A stretch of DNA of 64,000 nucleotides. Source: Minisyncoccia bacterium (GTDB taxonomy: Bacteria > Patescibacteriota > Minisyncoccia > Phycocordibacterales > UBA918). This document shows, piece by piece, positions 9,625 to 18,135 of the stretch (position 1 is the stretch's first letter; every line of letters starts with the position of its first letter). The stretch is from assembly GCA_041742075.1 (NCBI GenBank), contig JBGSJJ010000015.1, positions 65,132 to 129,131 of the forward strand, written 5' to 3'. The notes under the pieces were generated by a model that saw nothing but the letters and a program-made list of their open reading frames with translations, made no database searches and was not told where the DNA came from. Both the position numbers and the translations under genes were made by a program.

Positions 9625-10407
9625 TTATTCGTTTGCGCTCTTAACTGGTACCAACAAAAAACGGTAGTTCTCATCGCTTTTGTTTTTGAAGATTGGCGTG
9701 ATGATGCCACTACTGTCATCTTCAAACCGAACCGTTACCGGGTCAGAAAACTGACTGCGAACCGCCTCGACTTGACTGGCCGTAGTTCCCCCGTCCAGCA
9801 AAACCAGACCTTGCTCAGATTGTTCTGCTGGGGCCATTAAGACACCATTATCGCTCGCTACTTTCTCTGGAGCTTGTTCTTGAAGCGGGATTGGCTCTGG
9901 GGACCAGAACGATTTAAACCAGCCTAAAAAGGCTACCTGCGAATTTGGCTGTACTGCTTCAGAGCCGGGAAAAACGTGGAGCAAATCAACTCCGACCACT
10001 TCGACTCCTTGCTCGATATCGGCAAAGGATAGTCGTTCTTCAATCGCAACGAATGAAAACGTCCCCATGAAAAACAGTACCGCAAAAATAGCGACACTTT
10101 GAGCGAGAGCATGTGTGGGCTTTGGGATGGTTGGTGCGGTTAGCCCGACATGAGTGCTCATGACAGCTCGTTCAATTTTTCGTTCCGTCCGCAATACTTC
10201 TTGCCTGACTGACTTCTGCTTAGCAACCTGCTCTAGAAATTCTGAGAGAGAATTTCGGTCGACGTACCACTGCCTGCCCACCAACGTTCCGAGCACTTTT
10301 CCCTCTCGCGCCAGCTTGCTCACGTAGTCACTCGTGTAGCCAAAATTTCCTGCCACCGCAGAACTTGGTTCGTACATTTTTCCATTGATTTCAAGTTGCT
10401 TGGCCAT
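9625..10407 (-). CDS. Membrane-anchored protein with an N-terminal excisionase/MerR-like HTH (HTH_17-like) domain, one TM helix and a C-terminal extracytoplasmic region. Paralog of 10951..11940.
   Basis: N-terminus ...GYTSDYVSKLAREGKVLGTLVGRQWYVD fits the HTH_17 pattern (..L.R.GK.....GR.WY.). Hydrophobic segment LAQSVAIFAVLFFMGTFSFVAI. The stop codon is 5 nt upstream of the giant gene's ATG (translational coupling). Confidence 0.6.
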   Translation of the reverse strand: MAKQLEINGKMYEPSSAVAGNFGYTSDYVSKLAREGKVLGTLVGRQWYVDRNSLSEFLEQVAKQKSVRQEVLRTERKIERAVMSTHVGLTAPTIPKPTHALAQSVAIFAVLFFMGTFSFVAIEERLSFADIEQGVEVVGVDLLHVFPGSEAVQPNSQVAFLGWFKSFWSPEPIPLQEQAPEKVASDNGVLMAPAEQSEQGLVLLDGGTTASQVEAVRSQFSDPVTVRFEDDSSGIITPIFKNKSDENYRFLLVPVKSANE

Positions 10408-10950
10408 ATACGATATTGCTAATAATTATATAATCATTCTGGTCAAAAAAGCCTGAAAAAACGGCCAAATCTGGGGACAAAAAAGTACCACTTTTTGAAA
10501 AAATTTTTACCTCTTTAATCCGGAGTACGTGAAGGTGCCGAGCATAAAAAAATCACCCCCTCAGTAGCTAACCGAATTGGTGGAAACCTCAACTTGAGAA
10601 CCAACCAGGCTCAGAGGGATTTACTGCCAGAACTCACCCCAGACAACAGTTCATCCTTCCAAGTCTACCCGGGTCTTCTCTTTCATTTTTCACTCCCTGC
10701 ACACACTCTGGGGCCACACAGAGAGAGTAAAAAATCGCATTATCGTCCAGGTACATCACATGCGCCCCAAAGGGCGCAGAAGATACCCAAACTATGAGGA
10801 TTAGGCCGGTGTAGCTAAGCAAACCAGACTAATTTTCTATACACTACTCAAGAGAAACAAGACTTCCGACCGACCACATAACCAAGCGGGACCAGCACCG
10901 CCTCCTTCTAACAATTATCTCTTCTTACACCGTACGTAGTTAATACTCGT

Positions 10951-11940
10951 TTACCCGAGATATGTTGATAAATAAGCTCTTATTAGGTCAATTCCGGTCT
11001 CGAGATTTAGTATATACCCGTTTTGAATCGTGAGTGAGTCCACAAAAATCCGATGTGAAATCGAGAGTAGACAGACCGCAAGTACGCACCCAGCAATTAA
11101 AGCACTCATTAAAATAAGCAAACGAACCCCACCTGACCAACCTCGATACTCAATTACCTGGCTCGCTGCAGGATGAACTTCAACGATTGAGTCGACAGAC
11201 TCAGGGGTCTCAAGTACCTCGAGATGTTCTACTGCTCCAGGATGCTTCCATCTTTTCTTTGAACGTTTCCCTAGTGGCGCTACTGTTACTTTTGGTTCAG
11301 TAACCGCCACAGCATCGACGGACTCGCCCTCGGCTACTTCTACGGGACTATCTTGAACTACCGTCTCTCCCGACGCCTCAACCTCCGCTACCTCGTCCTC
11401 AGCCGACTTAACACCAACCTTACCTTTAAACTTTATCTCGGACCGCTTTGAGGCTGTGAAGACGGTCTTTACCTTGTCACCGCTTACAGCTATATTTTCA
11501 GCTCCGGCAAGTTTAACCGATAGGTAGCCAGTTTTAGCCTGTTCTGGGGCTGTTTTTTCTTTAACGAGGGGAATTAGCTCGGCTTCATCAGCGCCATAAC
11601 GAGGCGTAATGATAGTGGCTCCCCGGTGACCCTCGTACCGAGGCTTATGGATCGCTACTTCGTGGAGGGCTTTATCAACGACTTTTTCTGATTCTTCAGC
11701 AACTGACTGTTGAAGGAACTTCTGAGTTACCGCCTTAGTACTGCGATAGCGAGTTTGCTTGTGCGAACGAATTGACTTCTCTTCCACGTACCAGGTTCGT
11801 CCGACGAGCTGAGCTTCTACCTTACCAGCTCGGCAAAGCTGACCGATGTAATCTGCCGTGTAGCCGAGTTCTCGGGCGATTTTATTCGCCTTAATAAAGG
11901 TTTTCTCGTTTAGGGTTAAATACTCCATACCTAGGCTCAA
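10951..11940 (-). CDS. Membrane-anchored HTH (HTH_17-like) protein, paralog of 9625..10407, with the TM helix near the C-terminus.
   Basis: N-terminus ...GYTADYIGQLCRAGKVEAQLVGRTWYVEEKS is homologous to the N-terminus of the neighbouring gene. Acidic/Lys-rich middle region. TM segment VRLLILMSALIAGCVLAVCLLSI. Confidence 0.6.
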   Translation of the reverse strand: MSLGMEYLTLNEKTFIKANKIARELGYTADYIGQLCRAGKVEAQLVGRTWYVEEKSIRSHKQTRYRSTKAVTQKFLQQSVAEESEKVVDKALHEVAIHKPRYEGHRGATIITPRYGADEAELIPLVKEKTAPEQAKTGYLSVKLAGAENIAVSGDKVKTVFTASKRSEIKFKGKVGVKSAEDEVAEVEASGETVVQDSPVEVAEGESVDAVAVTEPKVTVAPLGKRSKKRWKHPGAVEHLEVLETPESVDSIVEVHPAASQVIEYRGWSGGVRLLILMSALIAGCVLAVCLLSISHRIFVDSLTIQNGYILNLETGIDLIRAYLSTYLG

Positions 11941-12014
11941 GTATATACGGAAGAACAGAAAAAGACTCCTTACGGAGTCCCTAACCTGTGTACAAGCGAT
12001 AGCTCAACTCAAAA

Positions 12015-13439
12015 TTATTTGATGTTTTTCTTAAGCAACTCGAGAAGGAGGCTCGGGTTAGCTGATCCCTTGCTCGCTTTCATTCCCTGTCCGACCAAAA
12101 ACTGGAGAGCAGATTCTTTACCTCCTTTGTACTCCTCTACCACAGACTGATGAGTAGCAATCAGTTCAAGCACCATCGGTTCTAAAGAATCAGCTGAATT
12201 CTGTTGTAGTAAGCCACGTTCTTTGGCTATAGTCATCGGATCTAGTCCAGCAAAGAGTACTTCACTGAGTAGGTCTTTCGCCACCCTGGACGTAACAGTA
12301 CCGTCGGTAGCAAGCTTAAGGAGAGTTAGAAAAGGTACCACATGAGCAGTTGCTAGGGTCTGGTTTCCGCTCAGTAAACTCACTACGTCACTCAAGAAAT
12401 AGTTTGCTACGAAGCGTGGTTCTAGCCCAGTCGGTAGAGCGCTAAGGCATGCCTCAAAGAAATTAAAGTACTCTGGACTTCCGATAATTATTTCTATCTG
12501 ATCGCTCGTTAATCCGAGATTAGCATAATATAGCCTTATTTTACTTGGCGTCTGAAGCGAGTTCTCGTCTACACGAGTATTAAAAGTAGACACCTCGGAC
12601 AACATAAACTTCGGGATATCAGGGTCAGGAAAGTAACGGTAGTCGTCGGCCGTCTCTTTAACACGCTGACTAAACGTACGGCTCTTCTCCTCGTCCCAGC
12701 CGCGCGTCTCTTGCACAACAGTCTTACCAGCTTCGAGCAATTCAATCTGTCTCGCGGTCTCATACGTGATGGCTGACTCGACTGACTTAAAGGAGTTTAG
12801 GTTTTTAACTTCAACTTTGGTACCGAGTTCATGGGTGTTGCTAACTGAGATGTTGGCTTCAACCCGCATCTCTCCCCGCTCCATGTTTGCCTCAGATGCA
12901 CCAAGCACCCGAAGTAGTAACTGCAACTCTTTTGCAAAAAGAGCAGCCTCCTTCCCACTATGAATTACTGGCTCTGTTACCAGTTCCATGAGAGGTACCC
13001 CGGCTCGGTTGAAGTCAACTAGACTCTCGTCACCTTGATCATGCAAACTTCTCGCGGTATCTTCCTCTAGGTGAATGCGCGTAATTGAAACTCCCGCTAA
13101 CTCTCCGCCACGTACAAACGGAAATTGATACTGACTGATCTGATACGCTTTTGGAATATCTGGGTAGAAATAATTCTTTCTATCAAACTCACTGAAGTCG
13201 GCGATTGTTCCACCTATCGCAGAACCGACCTTCAGTACGAGTGCTACCGCTTCTTGGTTTACTACTGGCAGTGTCCCGGGGTGGGCCATACATACCGGAC
13301 AGACGTGTGCGTTTGGTTCCCCTTCGTGCGGATTATTTGTACAACCGCAAAACATTTTACTTTTAGTTTTTAATTCGACATGAACTTCAATGCCGACCGT
13401 TGTTTTGTATGTACTCATACCAACAATACTAACCTCCAC
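12015..13439 (-). CDS. gatB: Aspartyl/glutamyl-tRNA(Asn/Gln) amidotransferase subunit B
   Basis: MEVSIVGMSTYKTTVGIEVHVELKTKSKMFCGCTNNPHEGEPNAHVCPVCMAHPGTLPVVN... is the canonical GatB N-terminus. Full length is 474 aa. Confidence 0.92.
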   Translation of the reverse strand: MEVSIVGMSTYKTTVGIEVHVELKTKSKMFCGCTNNPHEGEPNAHVCPVCMAHPGTLPVVNQEAVALVLKVGSAIGGTIADFSEFDRKNYFYPDIPKAYQISQYQFPFVRGGELAGVSITRIHLEEDTARSLHDQGDESLVDFNRAGVPLMELVTEPVIHSGKEAALFAKELQLLLRVLGASEANMERGEMRVEANISVSNTHELGTKVEVKNLNSFKSVESAITYETARQIELLEAGKTVVQETRGWDEEKSRTFSQRVKETADDYRYFPDPDIPKFMLSEVSTFNTRVDENSLQTPSKIRLYYANLGLTSDQIEIIIGSPEYFNFFEACLSALPTGLEPRFVANYFLSDVVSLLSGNQTLATAHVVPFLTLLKLATDGTVTSRVAKDLLSEVLFAGLDPMTIAKERGLLQQNSADSLEPMVLELIATHQSVVEEYKGGKESALQFLVGQGMKASKGSANPSLLLELLKKNIK

Positions 13440-14397
13440 GCAGTCGCTCTACAAGTGCATCGCGCAGTTCTTTCACTCCTTCCCCTGTTTCTACAGACAC
13501 AACAAACACACGATTCTTAATATTGTCAATAGACTTGAGTTGCGCGTCTAAAATATCCTTATTTATAAGGTCGCTTTTAGTTAAAATAATCCACTCTTCC
13601 TTGGTGATAATCTCTGTAGAAAAGAGCTGAAGCTCGTTTCGAACTGTCGCGTAGGCTGTTTTTACGTCTTCATTTTCAAGCGAAACTAAGTGCAGGAGCA
13701 TTTTGGTACGAGAAACATGACGTAAAAATTTGTGACCTAGTCCCTTTCCTGAGGCAGCACCTTCAATCAGACCAGGAATGTCGGCTATGGTGTACTCATA
13801 GAGAGCACCTAAGTGCGGTTCAACGGTCGTGAACGCGTACGCACCAACTGGAGAAGAGGCATTTGTGAAAGCGTTTAAGAGTGTCGACTTACCAGCGTTT
13901 GGTAACCCAATGAGTCCCACGTCTACCACGAGAGAAAGGTCGATTTGAAAATCTCCTTCTTCACCAAAACCACCTTTGGTTGTTTCTACCGGTGACCTGT
14001 TTACAGACGACTTGAAGTGTTCGTTACCGAGGCCTCCATTTCCACCTTTAAGAATTTTTTCTACGGCACCTGCCGAGAAGAGTTCGTACACTCTATTTCG
14101 ACTTATGTCAGTTACGACTGACCCGATAGGTACGTCGATATAGAGATCAGCCCCAGCGTGACCCCACTGACTTTGCTCACGGCCATGCTCGCCACTGCCT
14201 GCAGTAAACTTTTTGTTGCCGGTGTACTTAGCTAAGCGGTTGAGGTCAGGTACAGCCCGAAGGTACACGTCACCCCCGCGACCACCATTGCCACCAGCCG
14301 GTCCGCCTCTCGGGCGAAACTTCTCTTGAATCCAGCGGACAACGCCATTACCACCGTTTCCGGCTTTGGCATAAATTGTTAGTTCATCGACAAACAT
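13429..14397 (-). CDS. obg: GTPase Obg/CgtA (Obg fold N-domain plus GTPase domain; no C-terminal extension)
   Basis: MFVDELTIYAKAGNGGNGVVRWIQEKFRPRGGPAGGNGGRGGDVYL is the Gly-rich Obg fold. GLIGLPNAGKSTLL is Walker A. DIPGLIEGA is present. Overlaps the gatB start by 11 nt. Confidence 0.92.
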   Translation of the reverse strand: MFVDELTIYAKAGNGGNGVVRWIQEKFRPRGGPAGGNGGRGGDVYLRAVPDLNRLAKYTGNKKFTAGSGEHGREQSQWGHAGADLYIDVPIGSVVTDISRNRVYELFSAGAVEKILKGGNGGLGNEHFKSSVNRSPVETTKGGFGEEGDFQIDLSLVVDVGLIGLPNAGKSTLLNAFTNASSPVGAYAFTTVEPHLGALYEYTIADIPGLIEGAASGKGLGHKFLRHVSRTKMLLHLVSLENEDVKTAYATVRNELQLFSTEIITKEEWIILTKSDLINKDILDAQLKSIDNIKNRVFVVSVETGEGVKELRDALVERLRGG

Positions 14398-14628
14398 AAG
14401 TCATAGACAATACCACAAAAAAGTTATCCTGTATATAAGGTCATTGAGAGTACTTTTCCTGCAACGTGCCTTCCCTTCTTCTCTATACCAAGAGATGTCT
14501 ACCCTACTTAGAAACTTACCTGTGTTACTACTACGAAATGGCTATAAAAATATAGCTATTTCGCACAGAACTACGCTACTTTTTTACTAGCCCGTCCAGA
14601 ATGCCCCACCAGCTGGCGGCGAGGTGGT

Positions 14629-14967
14629 TTACTTTATAAATCTGTTTCCGATAGCACTTATCACTGAGACAATGACTGAGACGAAGAGCGCTGTCCAAAA
14701 ACCTACGATAGAGAACCCGTCGACGAAGGAGGCCACAAACCAGAGCAAACCGGCATTTATAACAAATATAAACAAACCGAGTGTCAGAATAGAAATCGGA
14801 AGCGTGAGAATAATCAGGAGTGGTTTTGCGGTCACGTTGAGAAGTCCGAGTATTAAAGACGCAATGAGAGCCGGGTAAAGACCGTCTATGGTTACCCCCG
14901 GTAAAAACTCGGCTACAAGTAATAGACCAAGAGCGGTAATAAGGATTTTTGCTAGTATTTTCATCAC
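14629..14967 (-). CDS. Small 4-TM membrane protein, PF04020 (phage holin 4_2 / DUF360)-like
   Basis: 112 aa with four hydrophobic helices. The pattern LLLVAEFLPGV...KPLLIILTLPISILTLGLFIFVINAGLLW is typical of this family. Confidence 0.5.
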   Translation of the reverse strand: MMKILAKILITALGLLLVAEFLPGVTIDGLYPALIASLILGLLNVTAKPLLIILTLPISILTLGLFIFVINAGLLWFVASFVDGFSIVGFWTALFVSVIVSVISAIGNRFIK

Positions 14968-15038
14968 CTTAGAGTACGGTTTAAAGCCTACTCAGTCAAC
15001 TTTTGTTCAGCCTTTAATCTGTCTATATACACCGGCAC

Positions 15039-15071
15039 AAAACAGCCCCCAAAAGATTCGGGGGCTGTTTT
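15039..15071 (-). terminator. Rho-independent terminator downstream of secA (perfect 12-bp stem, 9-nt loop, A/T tracts on both sides; potentially bidirectional)
   Basis: aaaacagccccc aaaagattc gggggctgtttt. On the minus strand the stem is followed by TTTTGTGCC. Confidence 0.55.
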
Positions 15072-15117
15072 GGTGTCTTTGGAGCTCGATTGTAACGTAC
15101 ACTCTTCCTTTTCAAGA

Positions 15118-17640
15118 CTACGTGAGAATCTTCCAGGTTCCGGTCGCGAGGAGTGGTTCAGCCTTTTTAAATTTGAGTTCCTTTGTTTCGGTGCCGTTAG
15201 TTATTTGTACCGTTTCGTTGCGACCAATCGTTGGCTGGTTCACTTTCGGTACTGACTGTGGTCGAACTTGGCTCGCCTTCTCCCCGCCAGCGTGTTCGGC
15301 AAACTCGCGAGCTTTCTTGAGTTCTGCTTCTTCTTTCTCTAGTGCTTGGGGGGCGAGCTGTGGAATGATTTCGGCAACCCGGTACAAGAATACTTCCTCC
15401 ATTTCTTTGAAAAGGCGGATTCCCTCTTTTCGGTATTCAATCAAGGGGTCGCGTTGACCATAGGCACGCAGGTTCACACTACTCCTGGTGTACTGCATCA
15501 CCTCGAGGTGCTCTACCCAGAGGATGTCGGTCATCTGAAGCGCGAGGCGTCTAAATAATTCTTTCCAGACGTCTTCACCAAACTCTGACTTCTTTTTTTG
15601 AACTGCCTCTGTGACGTCTGGCACCTTGGTTACCACTTCAGTCAGTACTGCGTCTATCGCGCCAGCCTCCCCTTTGAGGAGAGCATTGCGCTTTTTATAG
15701 ACAACAGTCCGTTGTGCATTGAGCACATTGTCATAGGCTAAAACTTGCTTACGGGCGTCAAAGTGGAAACCTTCGATTCGTGATTGAGCGGTCTCGAGTT
15801 GGCGAGAAATCATCTTGTTTTCAACCGGCATGTCTTCCGGGATACCAAAGGTGCCCATGAGTGATTTAATCCGGTCTCCACCAAACACACGCATGAGCTG
15901 GTCTTCCATAGACACGAAGAATTGGGTGGCGCCTGGGTCTCCCTGCCGTCCGGCTCGCCCGCGAAGCTGGTTGTCAATCCGCCTTGCTTCATGACGCTCA
16001 GTACCGAGTACAAAGAGACCGCCAAGCGCGAGAACTTCTGCTTCAGCTTCCTTACTAGCATCGATACCTCCCAGCTTAATGTCGACTCCTCGACCGGCCA
16101 TGTTGGTAGCTAAGGTGACCATACCCCTGCGTCCCGCATTGGCGATGATTTCACCTTCCCGTTCATGGTTTTTGGCGTTTAACACCTCATGAACTACATT
16201 GGCTTTTGTGAGTTCAAGGGAAAGCATTTGGTTCGTTTCAATTGAAGCAGTACCGATGAGTACTGGTTGACCTTTTTCACTCAGCTCTCTTACCTTCTGT
16301 ATGACAGCTTGGTACTTTCCGGCTGTTGTTTGGTAGATAAGGTCATTGTGGTCAAGTCGCGCGACTTGTTTGTTGGTAGGCACGGGAACTACTTCAAGTC
16401 CATAGACGGTATAGAACTCTTCGGCTGAGGTGAGCGCGGTACCAGTCATACCGGCTAGTTTTTTGTACTGCTTAAAGTAATTCTGGTACGTTATTGAAGC
16501 GTAGGTTTTTGTCTCTTTTTGAATCACTACCCCTTCTTTGGCTTCAACCGCTTGATGTAGGCCATCTGACCACCTACGGCCTGGCTGTAACCGACCAGTA
16601 AACTCGTCGACTATCACTACCTCATTGTCACGTATGACGTACTCCTTATCACGCGTATAGAGCGCTTTGGCTTTTACCGCTGTCTCCAAGTGGTGTACGT
16701 ATTTGATACCTTTATCAGTATAAATATTTTCAATCCCGAGCATATCTTGGGTCGCCTCAATACCGGCATCGGTCAAAGTAGCGCTCCGCATTTTTTCATC
16801 AAGTTCATAGTGGTCACCTACTTTGAGGCGCTCGGCAATCCGGGCAAAGTTTTCATAGAGCTTCTCGCCCTCTGGTGCAGGTGCCGAAATAATGAGCGGT
16901 GTTCGCGCTTCGTCAATCAAGATGGAGTCGATTTCGTCGACAATAGCAAAGGCATGTTCGCGTTGCCGAAGTCGGGTAATTTCAAACTCGATGTTGTCGC
17001 GCAAATAATCAAAACCGTATTCGTTGTTCGTACCGTAGGTAATATCAGCCGCATACGCCTCAGTGCGGGTACAAGGCCTCAGGTACTCGTAGAAGACTTT
17101 AAATGAACCTTGAGCGTCTCTGGCGCTATCAACGTCGGTATGCCCGGTATCATAAATATATGAACTCTCATGATTGATCACACCAACCGATAAACCAAGC
17201 GCCGAATAAATCTGCCCCATCCAAACGGCATCGCGTCGTGCGAGGTAATCGTTTACCGTCACCACGTGCACACCTTCGCCCGAGAGAGCATTGAGAGCGG
17301 CGGGAAGAGTACCTACCAAGGTCTTCCCTTCACCCGTGCGCATTTCAGTTATCTTTCCACGATGGAGAAGAAGCCCACCAATCAACTGCACGTCGTAGTG
17401 CCTAAGACCAAGCGTCCGCAAAGACGCTTCACGCGTAAGGGCAAACATTTCAGGCAGGACACTATCGAGTGTTGCGCCGAGCGCTACCTCACTCCTTAGT
17501 TCTTTAACGCGTTCGATAAGCCCAGCATCAGTTCGCTCCTTACACGACGCCTCAAGGGCGTTAATGGTATTGATAAGTGGTTGAATATATTTGAGCTCTT
17601 TCGCGTACGATGGCCCAAAAAAACGGTCTAAAAATGACAT
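15118..17640 (-). CDS. secA: Preprotein translocase ATPase SecA. True start is probably the internal Met at 17640 (MSFLDRFFG...), not the track's 17706.
   Basis: MSFLDRFFGPSYAKELKYIQPLINTINALEASCKERTDAGL... plus DEAD-like motor motifs (MRTGEGKTLV, DEIDSILIDEARTPLIIS). The track's N-terminal extension overlaps a terminator hairpin. Confidence 0.9.
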   Translation of the reverse strand: MSFLDRFFGPSYAKELKYIQPLINTINALEASCKERTDAGLIERVKELRSEVALGATLDSVLPEMFALTREASLRTLGLRHYDVQLIGGLLLHRGKITEMRTGEGKTLVGTLPAALNALSGEGVHVVTVNDYLARRDAVWMGQIYSALGLSVGVINHESSYIYDTGHTDVDSARDAQGSFKVFYEYLRPCTRTEAYAADITYGTNNEYGFDYLRDNIEFEITRLRQREHAFAIVDEIDSILIDEARTPLIISAPAPEGEKLYENFARIAERLKVGDHYELDEKMRSATLTDAGIEATQDMLGIENIYTDKGIKYVHHLETAVKAKALYTRDKEYVIRDNEVVIVDEFTGRLQPGRRWSDGLHQAVEAKEGVVIQKETKTYASITYQNYFKQYKKLAGMTGTALTSAEEFYTVYGLEVVPVPTNKQVARLDHNDLIYQTTAGKYQAVIQKVRELSEKGQPVLIGTASIETNQMLSLELTKANVVHEVLNAKNHEREGEIIANAGRRGMVTLATNMAGRGVDIKLGGIDASKEAEAEVLALGGLFVLGTERHEARRIDNQLRGRAGRQGDPGATQFFVSMEDQLMRVFGGDRIKSLMGTFGIPEDMPVENKMISRQLETAQSRIEGFHFDARKQVLAYDNVLNAQRTVVYKKRNALLKGEAGAIDAVLTEVVTKVPDVTEAVQKKKSEFGEDVWKELFRRLALQMTDILWVEHLEVMQYTRSSVNLRAYGQRDPLIEYRKEGIRLFKEMEEVFLYRVAEIIPQLAPQALEKEEAELKKAREFAEHAGGEKASQVRPQSVPKVNQPTIGRNETVQITNGTETKELKFKKAEPLLATGTWKILT

Positions 17641-17697
17641 AACGGCCTTAGCATAGCATGAATAGTGGACGTCTTCTACGCAGTCACCTAAAACGAT

Positions 17698-17724
17698 AAA
17701 AACCACCGTGGAGGGGTGGTTTTT
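17698..17724 (-). terminator. Terminator hairpin for the small Lys-rich gene, upstream of secA
   Basis: aaaaaccacc gtggagg ggtggttttt. The minus-strand reading is followed by TTTTTATCGTTTT. Confidence 0.45.
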
Positions 17725-17754
17725 ATCTAATTAACGTCACCTTGAGGTGTCGAA

Positions 17755-17922
17755 TTATTTCTTCTTCTTTGGAGCTGCCTTCTTTTTTGGGGCTGCCTTT
17801 TTTGTAGCTTTTTTTGCTACTTTCTTTGCAACCTTCTTCTTTGGAGCAGCCTTCTTTACAGCTTTCTTAGCTGCAACTCGCTTGGCTGGCTTCTTCGCTA
17901 CAGCTTTCTTTTTTGTTGCCAT
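17755..17922 (-). CDS. Unannotated 55-aa Lys/Ala-rich histone-H1-like nucleoid-associated protein (below the ORF-track size cut-off)
   Basis: Reverse-strand ATG (complement of 17920-17922) to TAA (complement of 17755-17757): MATKKKAVAKKPAKRVAAKKAVKKAAPKKKVAKKVAKKATKKAAPKKKAAPKKKK. Clean AAG/AAA/GCx codon periodicity, 213-bp extremely AT-rich upstream region, terminator downstream. The + strand F-rich ORF 17747..17929 is its antisense shadow. Confidence 0.55.
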   Translation of the reverse strand: MATKKKAVAKKPAKRVAAKKAVKKAAPKKKVAKKVAKKATKKAAPKKKAAPKKKK

Positions 17923-18135
17923 ATTGTGATGAGAGTATTAGTGAATAACTATTCGACCGCTGACTTCTCATTTGTGAAAGAACAAACTGAAGAGAATGTC
18001 TGCTTACTACTATTATCACTGTGAAAAAAAACTAATACAACAAAAAATAAAATAAATGTGTGGATAAAATATTTTAGTTAAAAATATTTTTTAAAAAAAT
18101 AAATTTATTTTTTAAATTTTCTCTCACGACTTTTT
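17923..18135 (-). promoter_or_regulatory. AT-rich (>80% A+T) intergenic region with A/T tracts and palindromes. Presumed strong promoter/UP-element region for the Lys-rich gene, and 3' end region of murB.
   Basis: aaaaatattttttaaaaaaataaatttattttttaaatttt. No ORF. Confidence 0.35.

Noticed and set aside
10408-10950. RNase P RNA, SRP RNA or tmRNA in the 543-bp gap
   Set aside because: Checked both strands for GGAAAGUCCGG / ACAGAANCCGGCUUA (RNase P), the SRP domain-IV GGAAGCAGC-type motif, and a tmRNA tag ORF plus TpsiC arm. None present.
17747-17929. Phe-rich + strand ORF (MSNYFFFFGAAFFFGAAFF…)
   Set aside because: Antisense translation of the Lys/Ala-rich histone-like gene. Poly-Phe arises from the complement of AAA/AAG codons.
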